A DNA stretch of 64,000 nucleotides from an uncultured bacterium. GTDB lineage: Bacteria > Patescibacteriota > Minisyncoccia > Phycocordibacterales > PALSA-1337. Position 1 is the stretch's first letter, and every line of letters begins with the position of its first letter. The notes below the pieces were generated by a model. It did not search any database. It saw only the letters and a list, made by a program, of their open reading frames with translations, and was not told where the DNA came from. Positions 35,906 to 45,353 of the stretch are shown here, one piece after another. The stretch spans positions 4,820 to 68,819 of the forward strand of contig CAIQCJ010000002.1 in NCBI GenBank assembly GCA_903870315.1. The letters are read 5' to 3'. Position numbers and translations under genes: made by a program.

Positions 35906-37027
35906 TTAAACCCCCTCACCTTTCAATTTTTCTATGGCTTCGCGAGCGGTACGTGATAGTTTACGCGGCATTTCTACTATAACTTTGACCAGAAGATCAC
36001 CTCTCTTATTGTGATCGTTTGGTACTCCATGATGTTTTACTTTCAATATGTCACCATTATTAGAACCTTCTGGAATCTTGAGTACTATATCACCATCAAG
36101 AGTTTTGATAATTTGTTCACCTCCTGTTATGGCAGTAGTCAGTCTTACACGTAGATCAGTTGTGAGATTGTATCCAACACGACGGATATATTGATGTGGG
36201 TTGACATGGACCTTCACATACATATCTCCTGCTACACCTCCAGTAACAGCCTCGCCCATGCCACTTAACCTGACCATCTGATCATCCTCTATGCCAGCTG
36301 GTATCTTGACTATGATCTCTTGTTGACGATCTAACACACCATCCCCATGACATGTGGAACATATTTCTTTCGGCATTTGACCTTTGCCATGACAGGTATC
36401 ACATACTCGTACAGTGTTAAATGTGCCCATAAAAGAACGACGTGTTTCATTGACTTTACCTTTTCCTTCGCAAGCTTCACAAGTTTTCATATTTGTACCT
36501 GGTTTAGCACCCGTTCCAGAACATGTTACACAGCTCGAAACCTTCGTCACAACAATATTCCTCTCAACTCCGAAGATAGAGTCCTCAAAGGAGATTTGTA
36601 TATCAACAGAGACATCATGACCCCTCTTCTGACGACCCTGGCTTCTACCACGACCACCAAAGAAATCACCGAAGATGTCACCGAGGTCGAATTCTACACC
36701 ACCTTGGTTGGCACCTTGAGTAAATCCCGAGAAATCGAAGCCATTGAAGTCTTGGGTGTTAAATCCACTAAAGCCTCCTTGACTACCATAACCTCCAGCT
36801 CCACCCATACCTGGTCCAGCAGAACCAAACCTGTCGTATTGGGTACGCTTCTGATCATCCGACAACACCGAATAAGCCTCGCTAGCCTCCTTGAACTTTT
36901 GCGAGGAAGCTACGTCGCCTTTCGTCTTGTCTGGATGATGTTCGTGGGCGAGTCTACGGAATGCCTTTTTGATATCATCTTTCGAGGCACCTTTCTCAAC
37001 ACCGAGTGTTTTGTAGTAGTCTTTCAT
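35906..37027 (-). CDS. dnaJ: Chaperone DnaJ
   Basis: J-domain YYKTLGV ... HPDK, G/F-rich linker, four CxxCxGxG zinc-finger repeats. Confidence 0.9.
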   Translation of the reverse strand: MKDYYKTLGVEKGASKDDIKKAFRRLAHEHHPDKTKGDVASSQKFKEASEAYSVLSDDQKRTQYDRFGSAGPGMGGAGGYGSQGGFSGFNTQDFNGFDFSGFTQGANQGGVEFDLGDIFGDFFGGRGRSQGRQKRGHDVSVDIQISFEDSIFGVERNIVVTKVSSCVTCSGTGAKPGTNMKTCEACEGKGKVNETRRSFMGTFNTVRVCDTCHGKGQMPKEICSTCHGDGVLDRQQEIIVKIPAGIEDDQMVRLSGMGEAVTGGVAGDMYVKVHVNPHQYIRRVGYNLTTDLRVRLTTAITGGEQIIKTLDGDIVLKIPEGSNNGDILKVKHHGVPNDHNKRGDLLVKVIVEMPRKLSRTAREAIEKLKGEGV

Positions 37028-37049
37028 GGATTATTGGTCTCGTCAGAGA

Positions 37050-38975
37050 TTATTTCTTCTCCTTGAACTCTGCGTCCTTCACGTTGTCGCCAGCTTCTGG
37101 ACCCTTACCAGAATCTTGCGCGCCAGGATTCGTGCCACCTTGCGCACCAGCTCCAGCAGCGCCCGCCTGTTCCTGATTCATATACTGCCCTATCTTCTGT
37201 ATTTCGGTACTCAACGCTTCTGTAGCCGTTTTAAGAGCTGTAAAGTCTATCGGAGTAGCATCCTTAGCACGTTTAAGATCGGCTACCTTGTCCTCGATAG
37301 CTTTACGTAAGTCACCTGGAACTTTATCACCAGCATCTTTCAGGGCTTTTTCTGAAGTATAGGCAAGTTGCTCGGCTATATTCTTGGCTTCTATACCTTC
37401 TTTCTTTGTCTTATCTTCCGCCTCATGAGCCGCAGCATCTTTTTTCATTTTCTCAACTTCATCTTTCGATAAACCTGAAGAAGCTGTGATCTTGATGGAG
37501 TTAGCTTTACCAGTAGCCTTATCCTTTGCTGTGACACTCAATATACCATTAGCGTCTATATCGAAGCTAACTTCGACTTGAGGCATACCACGAGGTGCTG
37601 GCGGAATACTATCGAGGATGAAACGGCCGAGGGACTTATTGTCTGAAGCCATAGCACGTTCACCTTGAGTGATATGTATCTCCACAGAAGTTTGATTATC
37701 TGCTGCTGTAGAAAATACTTGAGATCTTTGGGTGGGAACAGTTGTATTCTTTTCTATAAGTTTTGTAGCGACACCGCCCATAGTTTCGATACCGAGTGAA
37801 AGAGGAATAACATCCAGCAATAAAACATCTTTCACTTCACCACCAAGGATTCCTCCTTGGATAGCCGCACCCACCGCAACCACCTCGTCGGGATTCACAC
37901 CCATGTGAGGATCTCTTCCGAATAACTTTTTCACAGCCTCCTGCATAGCTGGCATACGAGTCTGACCACCTACTAGCACGACTTCATTTATCTCAGCTAT
38001 TTTAAATGGTGAAGCATCCATAGCACGCTTAGTAATCATGATGGCGCGATCCAAGAATTCTGTACATATATCTTCAAGCTGTGCGCGAGTCATAGTAACT
38101 AGCAAGTGTTTTGGTCCATCTGCACCAGAGGTAATGAATGGAATATTTATCTCTGTCTGTATAGCTGTAGAGAGTTCGATCTTGGCCTTTTCTGCAGCTT
38201 CATCCAGACGCTGTAACGCAAGAGAATCTTTCTTAAGATCGATACCATTTTCCTTGTTGAATTTGTCTGCCAACCAATTGACAATCTTAGCATCGATATC
38301 ACGACCACCCAAATGTGAGTCGCCGTCTGTAGACTTCACTTCGACGACGTCGTCTCCAACTTCTAGTACAGAGATATCAAATGTACCTCCCCCGAAGTCA
38401 AACACCGCAATCTTTTCATCTTTCTTTTTGTTGAAACCATAAGCCAAGGCTGCGGCTGTAGGTTCGTTGATAATGCGCATAACCTCGAGACCGGCGATTT
38501 GACCCGCGTCTTTGGTTGCTTGACGCTGCGAGTCGTTGAAGTAAGCTGGCACGGTTATAACCGCTTGCGTAACCTTTTCACCAAGACGAGCCTCAGCATC
38601 ATTCTTGAGTTTAGTAAGGATCATAGCAGAAACTTCCTCTGGACGAATCCATTTGTCGCCGAACTTTACTTCGATACCTCCAGTCGAAGACTTACGCACT
38701 TCGAATGAGAGATTCTTGATATCCTTTTGCACACCCTCTTCGTCAAAGTTGTGACCCATGAAGCGCTTGATCTGGAATATGGTGTTCTTCGGATTTGTCA
38801 CGGCTTGGCGTTTCGCAAGAAGACCTACTAGACGTTCACCAGTCTTAGACTGCGCAACTATAGAAGGAGTTGTACGCTGACCCTCACTATTTTCTAAGAC
38901 CTTCGGGATACCAGCTTCCATAACAGAGACAGCTGAGAATGTTGTTCCGAGGTCGATTCCTATAATTTTTGACAT
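37050..38975 (-). CDS. dnaK: Chaperone DnaK (Hsp70)
   Basis: [22 protein letters not shown], and C-terminal G/A-rich tail. 641 aa. Confidence 0.95.
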   Translation of the reverse strand: MSKIIGIDLGTTFSAVSVMEAGIPKVLENSEGQRTTPSIVAQSKTGERLVGLLAKRQAVTNPKNTIFQIKRFMGHNFDEEGVQKDIKNLSFEVRKSSTGGIEVKFGDKWIRPEEVSAMILTKLKNDAEARLGEKVTQAVITVPAYFNDSQRQATKDAGQIAGLEVMRIINEPTAAALAYGFNKKKDEKIAVFDFGGGTFDISVLEVGDDVVEVKSTDGDSHLGGRDIDAKIVNWLADKFNKENGIDLKKDSLALQRLDEAAEKAKIELSTAIQTEINIPFITSGADGPKHLLVTMTRAQLEDICTEFLDRAIMITKRAMDASPFKIAEINEVVLVGGQTRMPAMQEAVKKLFGRDPHMGVNPDEVVAVGAAIQGGILGGEVKDVLLLDVIPLSLGIETMGGVATKLIEKNTTVPTQRSQVFSTAADNQTSVEIHITQGERAMASDNKSLGRFILDSIPPAPRGMPQVEVSFDIDANGILSVTAKDKATGKANSIKITASSGLSKDEVEKMKKDAAAHEAEDKTKKEGIEAKNIAEQLAYTSEKALKDAGDKVPGDLRKAIEDKVADLKRAKDATPIDFTALKTATEALSTEIQKIGQYMNQEQAGAAGAGAQGGTNPGAQDSGKGPEAGDNVKDAEFKEKK

Positions 38976-39076
38976 TTTAATAATTGATTAAAATTGGTAA
39001 TAATTTTGTAACTAGCCTTGATAATGAACTACAAATAAAAAGCCACAACCATTGAACTGGTTTGTAGCAGAGAAAA

Positions 39077-39424
39077 TTATAGAGACGGTGCCCGTATCTT
39101 TATACTGGAAAATAAATCGAAAGTAGGAAAAGGTGAAGTAATCTTCTTTTCTATATTCCAGAAATATGAAGAGATTATCTTAGATGGTGCGCAGAGTAAA
39201 AGAATACTTGTTGAGGATTTTTTACCAGAAATACGGTTCGTAGAAAGAGCTACTGTCTTAGGTACACGTGCCAAGGCCAAGATCGGCTCAGCGCGCAAGA
39301 TGCGACCCTTGAATTCACCACCAATCTCATAGACTTCGAAGAATATACGCACAAGCTGACCGTCTCTAGAATGGATGATTCTTTCGAATATACCCTGCTG
39401 GTTATAATGGCTCTGAATAAGCAT
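39077..39424 (-). CDS. Hypothetical protein (doubtful)
   Basis: 115 aa ORF between dnaK and the sRNA candidate. C-terminal half low-complexity. May be spurious. Confidence 0.2.
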   Translation of the reverse strand: MLIQSHYNQQGIFERIIHSRDGQLVRIFFEVYEIGGEFKGRILRAEPILALARVPKTVALSTNRISGKKSSTSILLLCAPSKIISSYFWNIEKKITSPFPTFDLFSSIKIRAPSL

Positions 39425-39463
39425 ATATTTGATATCTACTATGATACCAAATATTTCGGTGCA

Positions 39464-39492
39464 ATGGTATTGACAAATAAGATACAGTATGC
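39464..39492 (+). promoter_or_regulatory. Strong sigma70-like promoter TTGACA-17-TACTAT facing an ORF-less interval
   Basis: Perfect -35 ttgaca 39464-39469, 17-nt spacer, -10 tactat 39487-39492. Confidence 0.35.
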
Positions 39493-39499
39493 TACTATA

Positions 39500-39677
39500 G
39501 TAAAAGAAGAACGTAATTAGGATTCAACTTCCCTCCAAGAGGCTCTACTCCTGGGCCCTCCTATATCCACTCGTTCTGTCAACCTTGTCTTGGTTGTGGG
39601 GACCTAAGACATTGAATGTAAGTTTACCCATAAGAGCGTGCCGATGTTGCCAACATCTGCACGCTCTACTTTTTTAT
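39500..39677 (+). ncRNA. Candidate small RNA (~175 nt) bounded by promoter and intrinsic terminator. Identity unknown
   Basis: No + strand ORF. Promoter at 39464-39492 and terminator hairpin 39634-39666 plus U-run 39670-39676. No RNase P / SRP / tmRNA signature recognised. Confidence 0.25.
39634..39676 (+). terminator. Rho-independent terminator (gagcgtgc-cgatgttg ... caacatc-gcacgctc + TTTTTT)
   Basis: Nested 8-bp and 7-bp inverted repeats followed by tactttttt. Confidence 0.5.
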
Positions 39678-39713
39678 AAATCAGGATAGTACATCCATAG
39701 CATAATAGGATCC

Positions 39714-39929
39714 TTAGTCATCTATAACTAATAACTTAGACGGGGAATGGTGGCCATTAATGATCTGCACATTTTTACCAGGAAACTTCACACGAACGAT
39801 CTCAAGCACGCGTGTATTTGCAAGATTTCTTTCGGCTGGTTCTTTTACATAAATCTTAAAATGATCAGTCGACTCTTGTATGACGACTTCCCTTTTTGCA
39901 CCAGCTATAACGCGAACCTTTATATACAT
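39714..39929 (-). CDS. DUF167 (YggU-like) family protein
   Basis: 71 aa. IKVRVIAGAKREVV ... FKIYVKEPAERNLANTRVLEIVRVKFPG ... INGHHSPSKLLVI fits the YggU pattern ending in G..S..K. Confidence 0.5.
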   Translation of the reverse strand: MYIKVRVIAGAKREVVIQESTDHFKIYVKEPAERNLANTRVLEIVRVKFPGKNVQIINGHHSPSKLLVIDD

Positions 39930-40051
39930 ATAATTACAGTATGTGTGACTTCTTAGTGTAAATCAAATACATCTTTACATATCGTTCAAGAAATGTCATC
40001 ATGGTCGACAGAATGAAATAAACAAATTAACCTTGTAAGGGGGTGGTCTGA

Positions 40052-40354
40052 ATGGAAGTGGTCATCACATTACCACTAAAGAAAACAATACTGACCAGTC
40101 TTGTCTTTGGGATACTATGGTTTGGTGTAGATGCAATCTCATTGTACTGGCAGTGGATCTCTATCAAAACGATATGGCTTAGAAACGTAATGGTATTCGG
40201 AGGTGTTGGATGGCTTATATTTAAGCTAGTCTGTGTAGCCGAATCAATCGCAATAAGCCGTTGGATAATGAAGTGGGTTTTGAAGAGATTTGGTCTATCT
40301 TTCAGGATTATCGATGGACATTTCGGTATTAAGATTAACTCACGCAAAGATTGA
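40052..40354 (+). CDS. Small Trp-rich membrane protein
   Basis: agggggtgg RBS 8 nt upstream. Three hydrophobic segments. Followed by a clean terminator. Preferred over the overlapping antisense ORF 40027..40425. Confidence 0.4.
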   Translation: MEVVITLPLKKTILTSLVFGILWFGVDAISLYWQWISIKTIWLRNVMVFGGVGWLIFKLVCVAESIAISRWIMKWVLKRFGLSFRIIDGHFGIKINSRKD

Positions 40355-40358
40355 CTAG

Positions 40359-40400
40359 CCCCGCTCGTGCGCTTGTAAAAGCACGGCGGGGTTTTCGTTT
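40359..40400 (+). terminator. Rho-independent terminator (ccccgc-tcgtgc / gcacg-gcgggg + TTTT)
   Basis: Inverted repeats read directly, U-run 40392-40395. Confidence 0.5.
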
Positions 40401-40432
40401 GTACCTTGTAATCTTCACCTTGCACTTAGTCC

Positions 40433-41050
40433 TTATTCTTTCTTTTTGTACTCTCCAACCACGACCTTGGCTGGACGCATGAGTTTGCCGTTTAGATAGT
40501 AACCATTTTGTATAACTTTCGTAATGATATGGTCAAGCTTTTCGTCTGTGACTGGTTCATATGAGGCGGCTTCGTGAAGCGCATGATCAAACTTCTGATC
40601 TATAGGTTTAAGCTCCGTCAGGCCACCATCTTCCAAAGATTTTCTAAGTTGTGAGTAAATATACTCTACTCCAACGCGCCAGTTCTTATCAGCCTTTTCC
40701 CAAGATTCTTTGTTGCCCATAGCCATCTCAAAGCTCTCTAGAACTGGTATAATGCCCTCTATAAGGCGTTCGTTTGCGAACTTGATGAATTCCTTGCGAT
40801 CCTCCTCATCGCGCTTGCGGGCGTTGATAAGGTCGGCTTTGGCGCGTTGCCAGCCGGTGAGATACTCCATACGCTCCTTCTCTGTGGTCTTGAGTTTTTC
40901 TCGTAGTTTTTTAATGGTTTCAGTCGCTGATTCGTCAGCAACGACGGATTCATCTAGATCATCGGTGTTGGTGTCAGTGATATCTTCAACGACTATTTCA
41001 TCGGCTATTTTATTGTACTTGTCATCTTTTGATGGATCATTTTTAAACAT
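40433..41050 (-). CDS. grpE: Nucleotide exchange factor GrpE
   Basis: Acidic N-terminus, long coiled-coil, LRxxAExEN-like core (KLKTTEKERMEYLTGWQRAKADLINARKR), C-terminal beta domain. Confidence 0.85.
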   Translation of the reverse strand: MFKNDPSKDDKYNKIADEIVVEDITDTNTDDLDESVVADESATETIKKLREKLKTTEKERMEYLTGWQRAKADLINARKRDEEDRKEFIKFANERLIEGIIPVLESFEMAMGNKESWEKADKNWRVGVEYIYSQLRKSLEDGGLTELKPIDQKFDHALHEAASYEPVTDEKLDHIITKVIQNGYYLNGKLMRPAKVVVGEYKKKE

Positions 41051-41189
41051 AGTGAGGGTAGTTTAGCTGAAAATTGGTAGTGATGCAATGGTCGGCAGTT
41101 TTCGTGCTGGTATGTGCTAGGTGAGCATGTCGAATAAACAAAAGGCGACCACTTTGGCCGCCTTTGTGAGTAATACCGAGATAAATCTT

Positions 41190-41603
41190 TTAACGCTTAC
41201 TCCACTGAGGAGACTTACGAGCCTTCTTGAGACCGAATTTTCTGCGTTCCTTGGCTCTAGCATCACGTTTGAGATAGCCTAGCTTCTTGACCTTACCACG
41301 GAGTTGTACATCGTAGACAAGTAAAGCACGAGCTACACCATGACGGACAGCTTCTGATTGTGAAGAAATGCCACCACCTGAAACCTTGATTGTTATATGG
41401 AATTTTTCAGCAGGCTTAGCGTTTGTTATAGGATCAGTAACGTTTGCTTGCATTTCGCGCGTAGGAAAATATCCTTCCAAAGTCTTACCATTTACTTCAT
41501 AACCGCTTTTTGCACCAGGAAATAGACGGACGCGAGCCACAGAAGTCTTGCGGCGACCAACGGCTTCAAAGTACTTTCCTGCTATTTTTGTTGTTGTAGT
41601 CAT
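41190..41603 (-). CDS. rpsI: 30S ribosomal protein S9
   Basis: GRRKTSVARV and C-terminal RKSPQWSKR. Confidence 0.9.
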   Translation of the reverse strand: MTTTTKIAGKYFEAVGRRKTSVARVRLFPGAKSGYEVNGKTLEGYFPTREMQANVTDPITNAKPAEKFHITIKVSGGGISSQSEAVRHGVARALLVYDVQLRGKVKKLGYLKRDARAKERRKFGLKKARKSPQWSKR

Positions 41604-41624
41604 GTTAAAAATTTGCGTCAGCGC

Positions 41625-41969
41625 TTATTTCTTTATTGATAAATTCTTTAATCTTGGAGTGCGGAGTTTGTTCTTAGGGATCATATTGTAAACAGCACGC
41701 TTCAAAACCTCAATCATACCAGCACGATCAATAAGATGGCCTAGCTTTTCTTGGTTGAGACCTCCTCTGAAGCCGGTATAAGTCGTATAGTTGTCAGTGA
41801 CCTTCTTCTTGGCGTTGACATCGGCTTTGTCGGCGTTTATGATCTCAACTTTGACATCGGAGACTATATTTTTGGCGAAGGAAGTCGAACTCTTACCCAT
41901 AAGTAAAGCTGCCGCTTCGCTGGCAATGCGTCCGATCTTTTTGTTCTGTGCGTCTATTGTGTATTTCAT
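41625..41969 (-). CDS. rplM: 50S ribosomal protein L13 (short form)
   Basis: KIGRIASEAAALLMGK ... IINADK ... YTGFRGGL ... MIPKNKL pattern. Canonical rplM-rpsI order. Confidence 0.8.
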   Translation of the reverse strand: MKYTIDAQNKKIGRIASEAAALLMGKSSTSFAKNIVSDVKVEIINADKADVNAKKKVTDNYTTYTGFRGGLNQEKLGHLIDRAGMIEVLKRAVYNMIPKNKLRTPRLKNLSIKK

Positions 41970-42000
41970 GTTATTTGATGGTGTTAAGATTGAAAGCGCA

Positions 42001-42351
42001 TTATACGAATTGGATCACCGACATTGGACTTCCATCTAGATCACGAGCTGGTACGCCTACTATGCGGGTATAACCACCTTTGCGATCTATATACTTCGGC
42101 GCGATAGTCTCAAATAGTTTCTTCACCTCAGGTGCTCCCTGTATACGAGTCATGATAATACGTCGTGAAGCGACAGTATTGACCTTGGCTCTCGTGATCA
42201 ACTTCTCCACAAATGGTCGGAGTTCCTTAGCCTTAGCTGTTGTTGTCTTGATCTGGTTATCGCGGATCAAGTTACGAGCGAGCGAGCGCATCAAAGCTTG
42301 ACGCTGCGTCTTCTCTCTGCCGAATTTTCTTACTGAGTTATGATGTCGCAT
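42001..42351 (-). CDS. rplQ: 50S ribosomal protein L17
   Basis: MRHHNSVRKFGREKTQRQALMRSLARNLI. Confidence 0.9.
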   Translation of the reverse strand: MRHHNSVRKFGREKTQRQALMRSLARNLIRDNQIKTTTAKAKELRPFVEKLITRAKVNTVASRRIIMTRIQGAPEVKKLFETIAPKYIDRKGGYTRIVGVPARDLDGSPMSVIQFV

Positions 42352-42369
42352 TTTAGTAGTGTTAAAAGA

Positions 42370-43347
42370 TTATTGTTTCAAGGTAATACCGTGTTGAGCT
42401 AGTAATTTCTTGATCTCTTGCATACCTTTTGCACCAAGACCATCAACATCCATGATGTCTGACTCTTTCTTGCGAGCCAAACCACCCAATGTACGGATAT
42501 TTGCGTTCATCAAAGCCTTTATGGTGCGTGAAGAAAAGCCTAGAGAATCTATGCGTGTTTTCAAAAGTTCTGCATCTATAATCTTACCATCAGCATCTGA
42601 GCCTTCTTTACCTCCAGTTTCGACTGAATCTTCTTTTATCTTCTCAATAACCTCTTCCTCCTTGAAGCCGACAATAGACTTGAGTTGGCTGATCATAAGT
42701 GAAATAGACTTCTCTAGAGCGTCGTGAGGAGTAATAGTACCGTCTGTTTCTATGATCAGGCGTAGACGGTTGAAATCTGTACGATCTCCAACGCGCATAT
42801 TTTCTACTTCATAGTTGGCCTTACGGACAGGAGTAAAAGCGGCATCTAGAGTTATGACACCTATCTCGACGCGGTCCTTCTGAACAACTTCCTTTGGAAC
42901 ATATCCAAGGCCCTTCTCTATAGTTATCTCCATATCAAGATCAGATGACTTATCTGTAAGAGATGCTATGTGTAGATCGGTATTTATAATCTCTACTTGT
43001 CCAGGGACTTTGATATCCTTGGCTGTAACCTCATGAACACCCTTTATATTGAGGGAGAAAGTAACGGGTTCATCTGTAGTAAGACGAACGCGCAACTTCT
43101 TCAGGTTCAATAGAATAGTTATAACGTCTTCTTTGACTCCAGGTATAGCTGAAAATTCATGCTCAACTCCTATTATCTTGACCTTGGTAACAGCTGCACC
43201 TGGCAAAGATGACAAGATAATGCGGCGTAGAGAATTTCCTAGAGTGTGACCGTAGCCAGGATAAAGGCCATCAATCTCATAAACTCCGCTATTGGCGGTT
43301 TCGTTTATAACTTTTGGTTTTGAAGGAAGTACAACGTCGTATATCAT
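42370..43347 (-). CDS. rpoA: DNA-directed RNA polymerase subunit alpha
   Basis: N-terminal assembly domain (GYGHTLGNSLRRILLSSLPG) and C-terminal CTD. Position between rplQ and rpsD. Confidence 0.9.
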   Translation of the reverse strand: MIYDVVLPSKPKVINETANSGVYEIDGLYPGYGHTLGNSLRRIILSSLPGAAVTKVKIIGVEHEFSAIPGVKEDVITILLNLKKLRVRLTTDEPVTFSLNIKGVHEVTAKDIKVPGQVEIINTDLHIASLTDKSSDLDMEITIEKGLGYVPKEVVQKDRVEIGVITLDAAFTPVRKANYEVENMRVGDRTDFNRLRLIIETDGTITPHDALEKSISLMISQLKSIVGFKEEEVIEKIKEDSVETGGKEGSDADGKIIDAELLKTRIDSLGFSSRTIKALMNANIRTLGGLARKKESDIMDVDGLGAKGMQEIKKLLAQHGITLKQ

Positions 43348-43380
43348 ATGATTATTTTTAAATTATTAAAATTATAAGGA

Positions 43381-43986
43381 TTAACGTGTATAGAACTCTA
43401 GCACTGAACGAACATCAAATAGAAGTCCAGTCGTATCGGCTACAGGCTCACCGTCTATAGTGATAGTCTTAGTATCTGCATTGATCTTAATCCAAGCAGG
43501 AGTAGTGTTGGCTTTGAGTTCTTCGTCCAACTTAGCAAATATTCCCTTCTTCTTACTTCCTTCTCTGATGGTTACAATATCTCCAACCTTAACTTTATAT
43601 GAAGGTATGTTGACCGCTTTTCCATTTACCACAATATGGCCATGGTTGACTATCTGACGAGCACCAGAACGTGAAGAAGAGAAACCTGCACGGAGTACAA
43701 CGTTGTCCAAACGACTTTCCAAAGCTGTCAAAAGATTCTTGGCGTTATCACCTTTCGTCTGCAATGCTTGGCTAACGTAATTGCTAAACTGACCACTAGA
43801 TATACCATAGCTATAACGAGCTTTTTGCTTCTCAAGCATTTGGCGTCCGTATTCACTCTTACCACCACGACCCTTCTTCTTGGTCGTCTTAGCTTGAGAA
43901 CGCATAGCGAACTTTTGCGTCTGAGTCTTCTTGAAGACGGGCGCTCCTAGGTATCTTGCTTTTTTGTATCGTGGTCCGATTTGCAT
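43381..43986 (-). CDS. rpsD: 30S ribosomal protein S4
   Basis: MQIGPRYKKARYLG N-terminus, S4 RNA-binding domain (LDNVVLRAGFSSSRSGARQIVNHGHIVVNG). Confidence 0.9.
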   Translation of the reverse strand: MQIGPRYKKARYLGAPVFKKTQTQKFAMRSQAKTTKKKGRGGKSEYGRQMLEKQKARYSYGISSGQFSNYVSQALQTKGDNAKNLLTALESRLDNVVLRAGFSSSRSGARQIVNHGHIVVNGKAVNIPSYKVKVGDIVTIREGSKKKGIFAKLDEELKANTTPAWIKINADTKTITIDGEPVADTTGLLFDVRSVLEFYTR

Positions 43987-44033
43987 GTTATTTGGTTGAA
44001 GTTAAAGGTTTAAATTAGTAGAGAAAGTGATGA

Positions 44034-44462
44034 CTATACACGACGTGGCTTCTTAGGTGTCGGTCCATTGAAAGGAACCGGTGTTTGATCTGATATCGAA
44101 ATAATGTTTACACCCTTACTTATGAAACCCCTGATGGCAGATTCACGACCAGAACCAACGCCTTTTACGACTACTCTGATCTCTTTCAAACCTAAGTTGA
44201 CGGCCTTCAATGCCAATGTCTCACCAACCTTTGCAGCTGCGAAAGGAGTACCTTTCTTGGCTCCACGAAAACCAGCACCTCCTGCCGAACCCCACATAAG
44301 AGCATTGCCTTTGTCGTCAGTCAGCATAACCTTGGTGTTGTTGTAGGTAGATTGAACATGTAGGATACCTGTCTCTACACGCTTCTTCGAAGAAACTGCT
44401 GGAGCCTTCTTCTCTGCCCCTGCATCTTTCGCGTCTGTTGTTACAATTCTTTTTTTACCCAT
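44034..44462 (-). CDS. rpsK: 30S ribosomal protein S11
   Basis: GILHVQSTYNNTKV ... GFRGAKKGTPFAA. Confidence 0.9.
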   Translation of the reverse strand: MGKKRIVTTDAKDAGAEKKAPAVSSKKRVETGILHVQSTYNNTKVMLTDDKGNALMWGSAGGAGFRGAKKGTPFAAAKVGETLALKAVNLGLKEIRVVVKGVGSGRESAIRGFISKGVNIISISDQTPVPFNGPTPKKPRRV

Positions 44463-44496
44463 GATAGTTTGAATTTAGGTTTTATAAACGCTGATT

Positions 44497-44877
44497 TTAT
44501 GTCTTTTCTTCCTTACGACGACCAGATCCCATGGTCTTACGGATATTTCCACGAACTGTTCTGGAGTTTGTCTTGGTGCGTTGACCACGTGTTGGGAGAT
44601 GGCGAGCATGACGGCTTCCACGATATGACTTGATATCTTTCAGGCGTTTAATATTTGAGGCGACCTCTCGCTTGAGATCACCTTCTATTTTGTAGCTCTC
44701 GACGAGCTTGCGTATGGCATTTTCTTGGTCAACTGTGAGATCCTTCGGCTTCACATCTAAAGCGACCTTGGTGGTAGCTAGAATGTGACGTGCACGTGCT
44801 TGACCGATACCGTAAATAGCGGTGAGTGCAAATTCCATTCTCTTATTTTCTGGAAGTGTAATACCTAGGATACGCAT
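44497..44877 (-). CDS. rpsM: 30S ribosomal protein S13
   Basis: MRILGITLPENKRMEFALTAIYGIG. Confidence 0.9.
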   Translation of the reverse strand: MRILGITLPENKRMEFALTAIYGIGQARARHILATTKVALDVKPKDLTVDQENAIRKLVESYKIEGDLKREVASNIKRLKDIKSYRGSRHARHLPTRGQRTKTNSRTVRGNIRKTMGSGRRKEEKT

Positions 44878-44925
44878 ATAGTTTATTTAAAAATTGGAAT
44901 ATGTTAAGTCGGTAGTATTAATAAA

Positions 44926-45042
44926 TTAACCCTGACGCTGTTTATGACGAGGGTTTGAACTGCAGACAACGTAAATATAACCACCACGACGTACGACGGT
45001 GCACTTTGGACAAATCTTTTTTACTGAAGCTTTTACTCTCAT
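44926..45042 (-). CDS. rpmJ: 50S ribosomal protein L36
   Basis: Reverse-complement translation [38 protein letters not shown] (38 aa), not in ORF track. Fills the rpsM-infA gap. Confidence 0.8.
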   Translation of the reverse strand: MRVKASVKKICPKCTVVRRGGYIYVVCSSNPRHKQRQG

Positions 45043-45049
45043 TGTTATA

Positions 45050-45271
45050 TTAAAAACGTCTTGTAATACGCGCTCTGCCTCCGTATGAATCTATATCCAA
45101 ATCAACTTTGTCGCCGATGAGAACACGTATTCTGTTCATTCTCATCTTACCTGCAAGATAAGCTAGAATGACCTCCTTAGATCCTTCAAGCTCGACTCGG
45201 AACAAAGTATCAGGCAACGCCTCAACGACGGTGCCTTTTGCGGTATTCCTTGATTTTGACACGTTATCCAT
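45050..45271 (-). CDS. infA: Translation initiation factor IF-1
   Basis: [61 protein letters not shown]. Confidence 0.85.
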   Translation of the reverse strand: MDNVSKSRNTAKGTVVEALPDTLFRVELEGSKEVILAYLAGKMRMNRIRVLIGDKVDLDIDSYGGRARITRRF

Positions 45272-45353
45272 TACGTAATTGCGCAGAAATGTATATTAGC
45301 AGAACGTCATATAATCGTCAAGTACCCGAATACGTGGATAGGACATTTTCAGA

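Noticed and set aside
36347-37066. 239-aa + strand ORF
   Set aside because: Antisense to the well-supported dnaJ gene.
40027-40425. 132-aa minus-strand ORF between DUF167 gene and grpE
   Set aside because: T/P/S-rich low-complexity translation. The antisense + strand ORF 40052..40354 has an RBS, TM helices and a terminator, so that one was kept instead.
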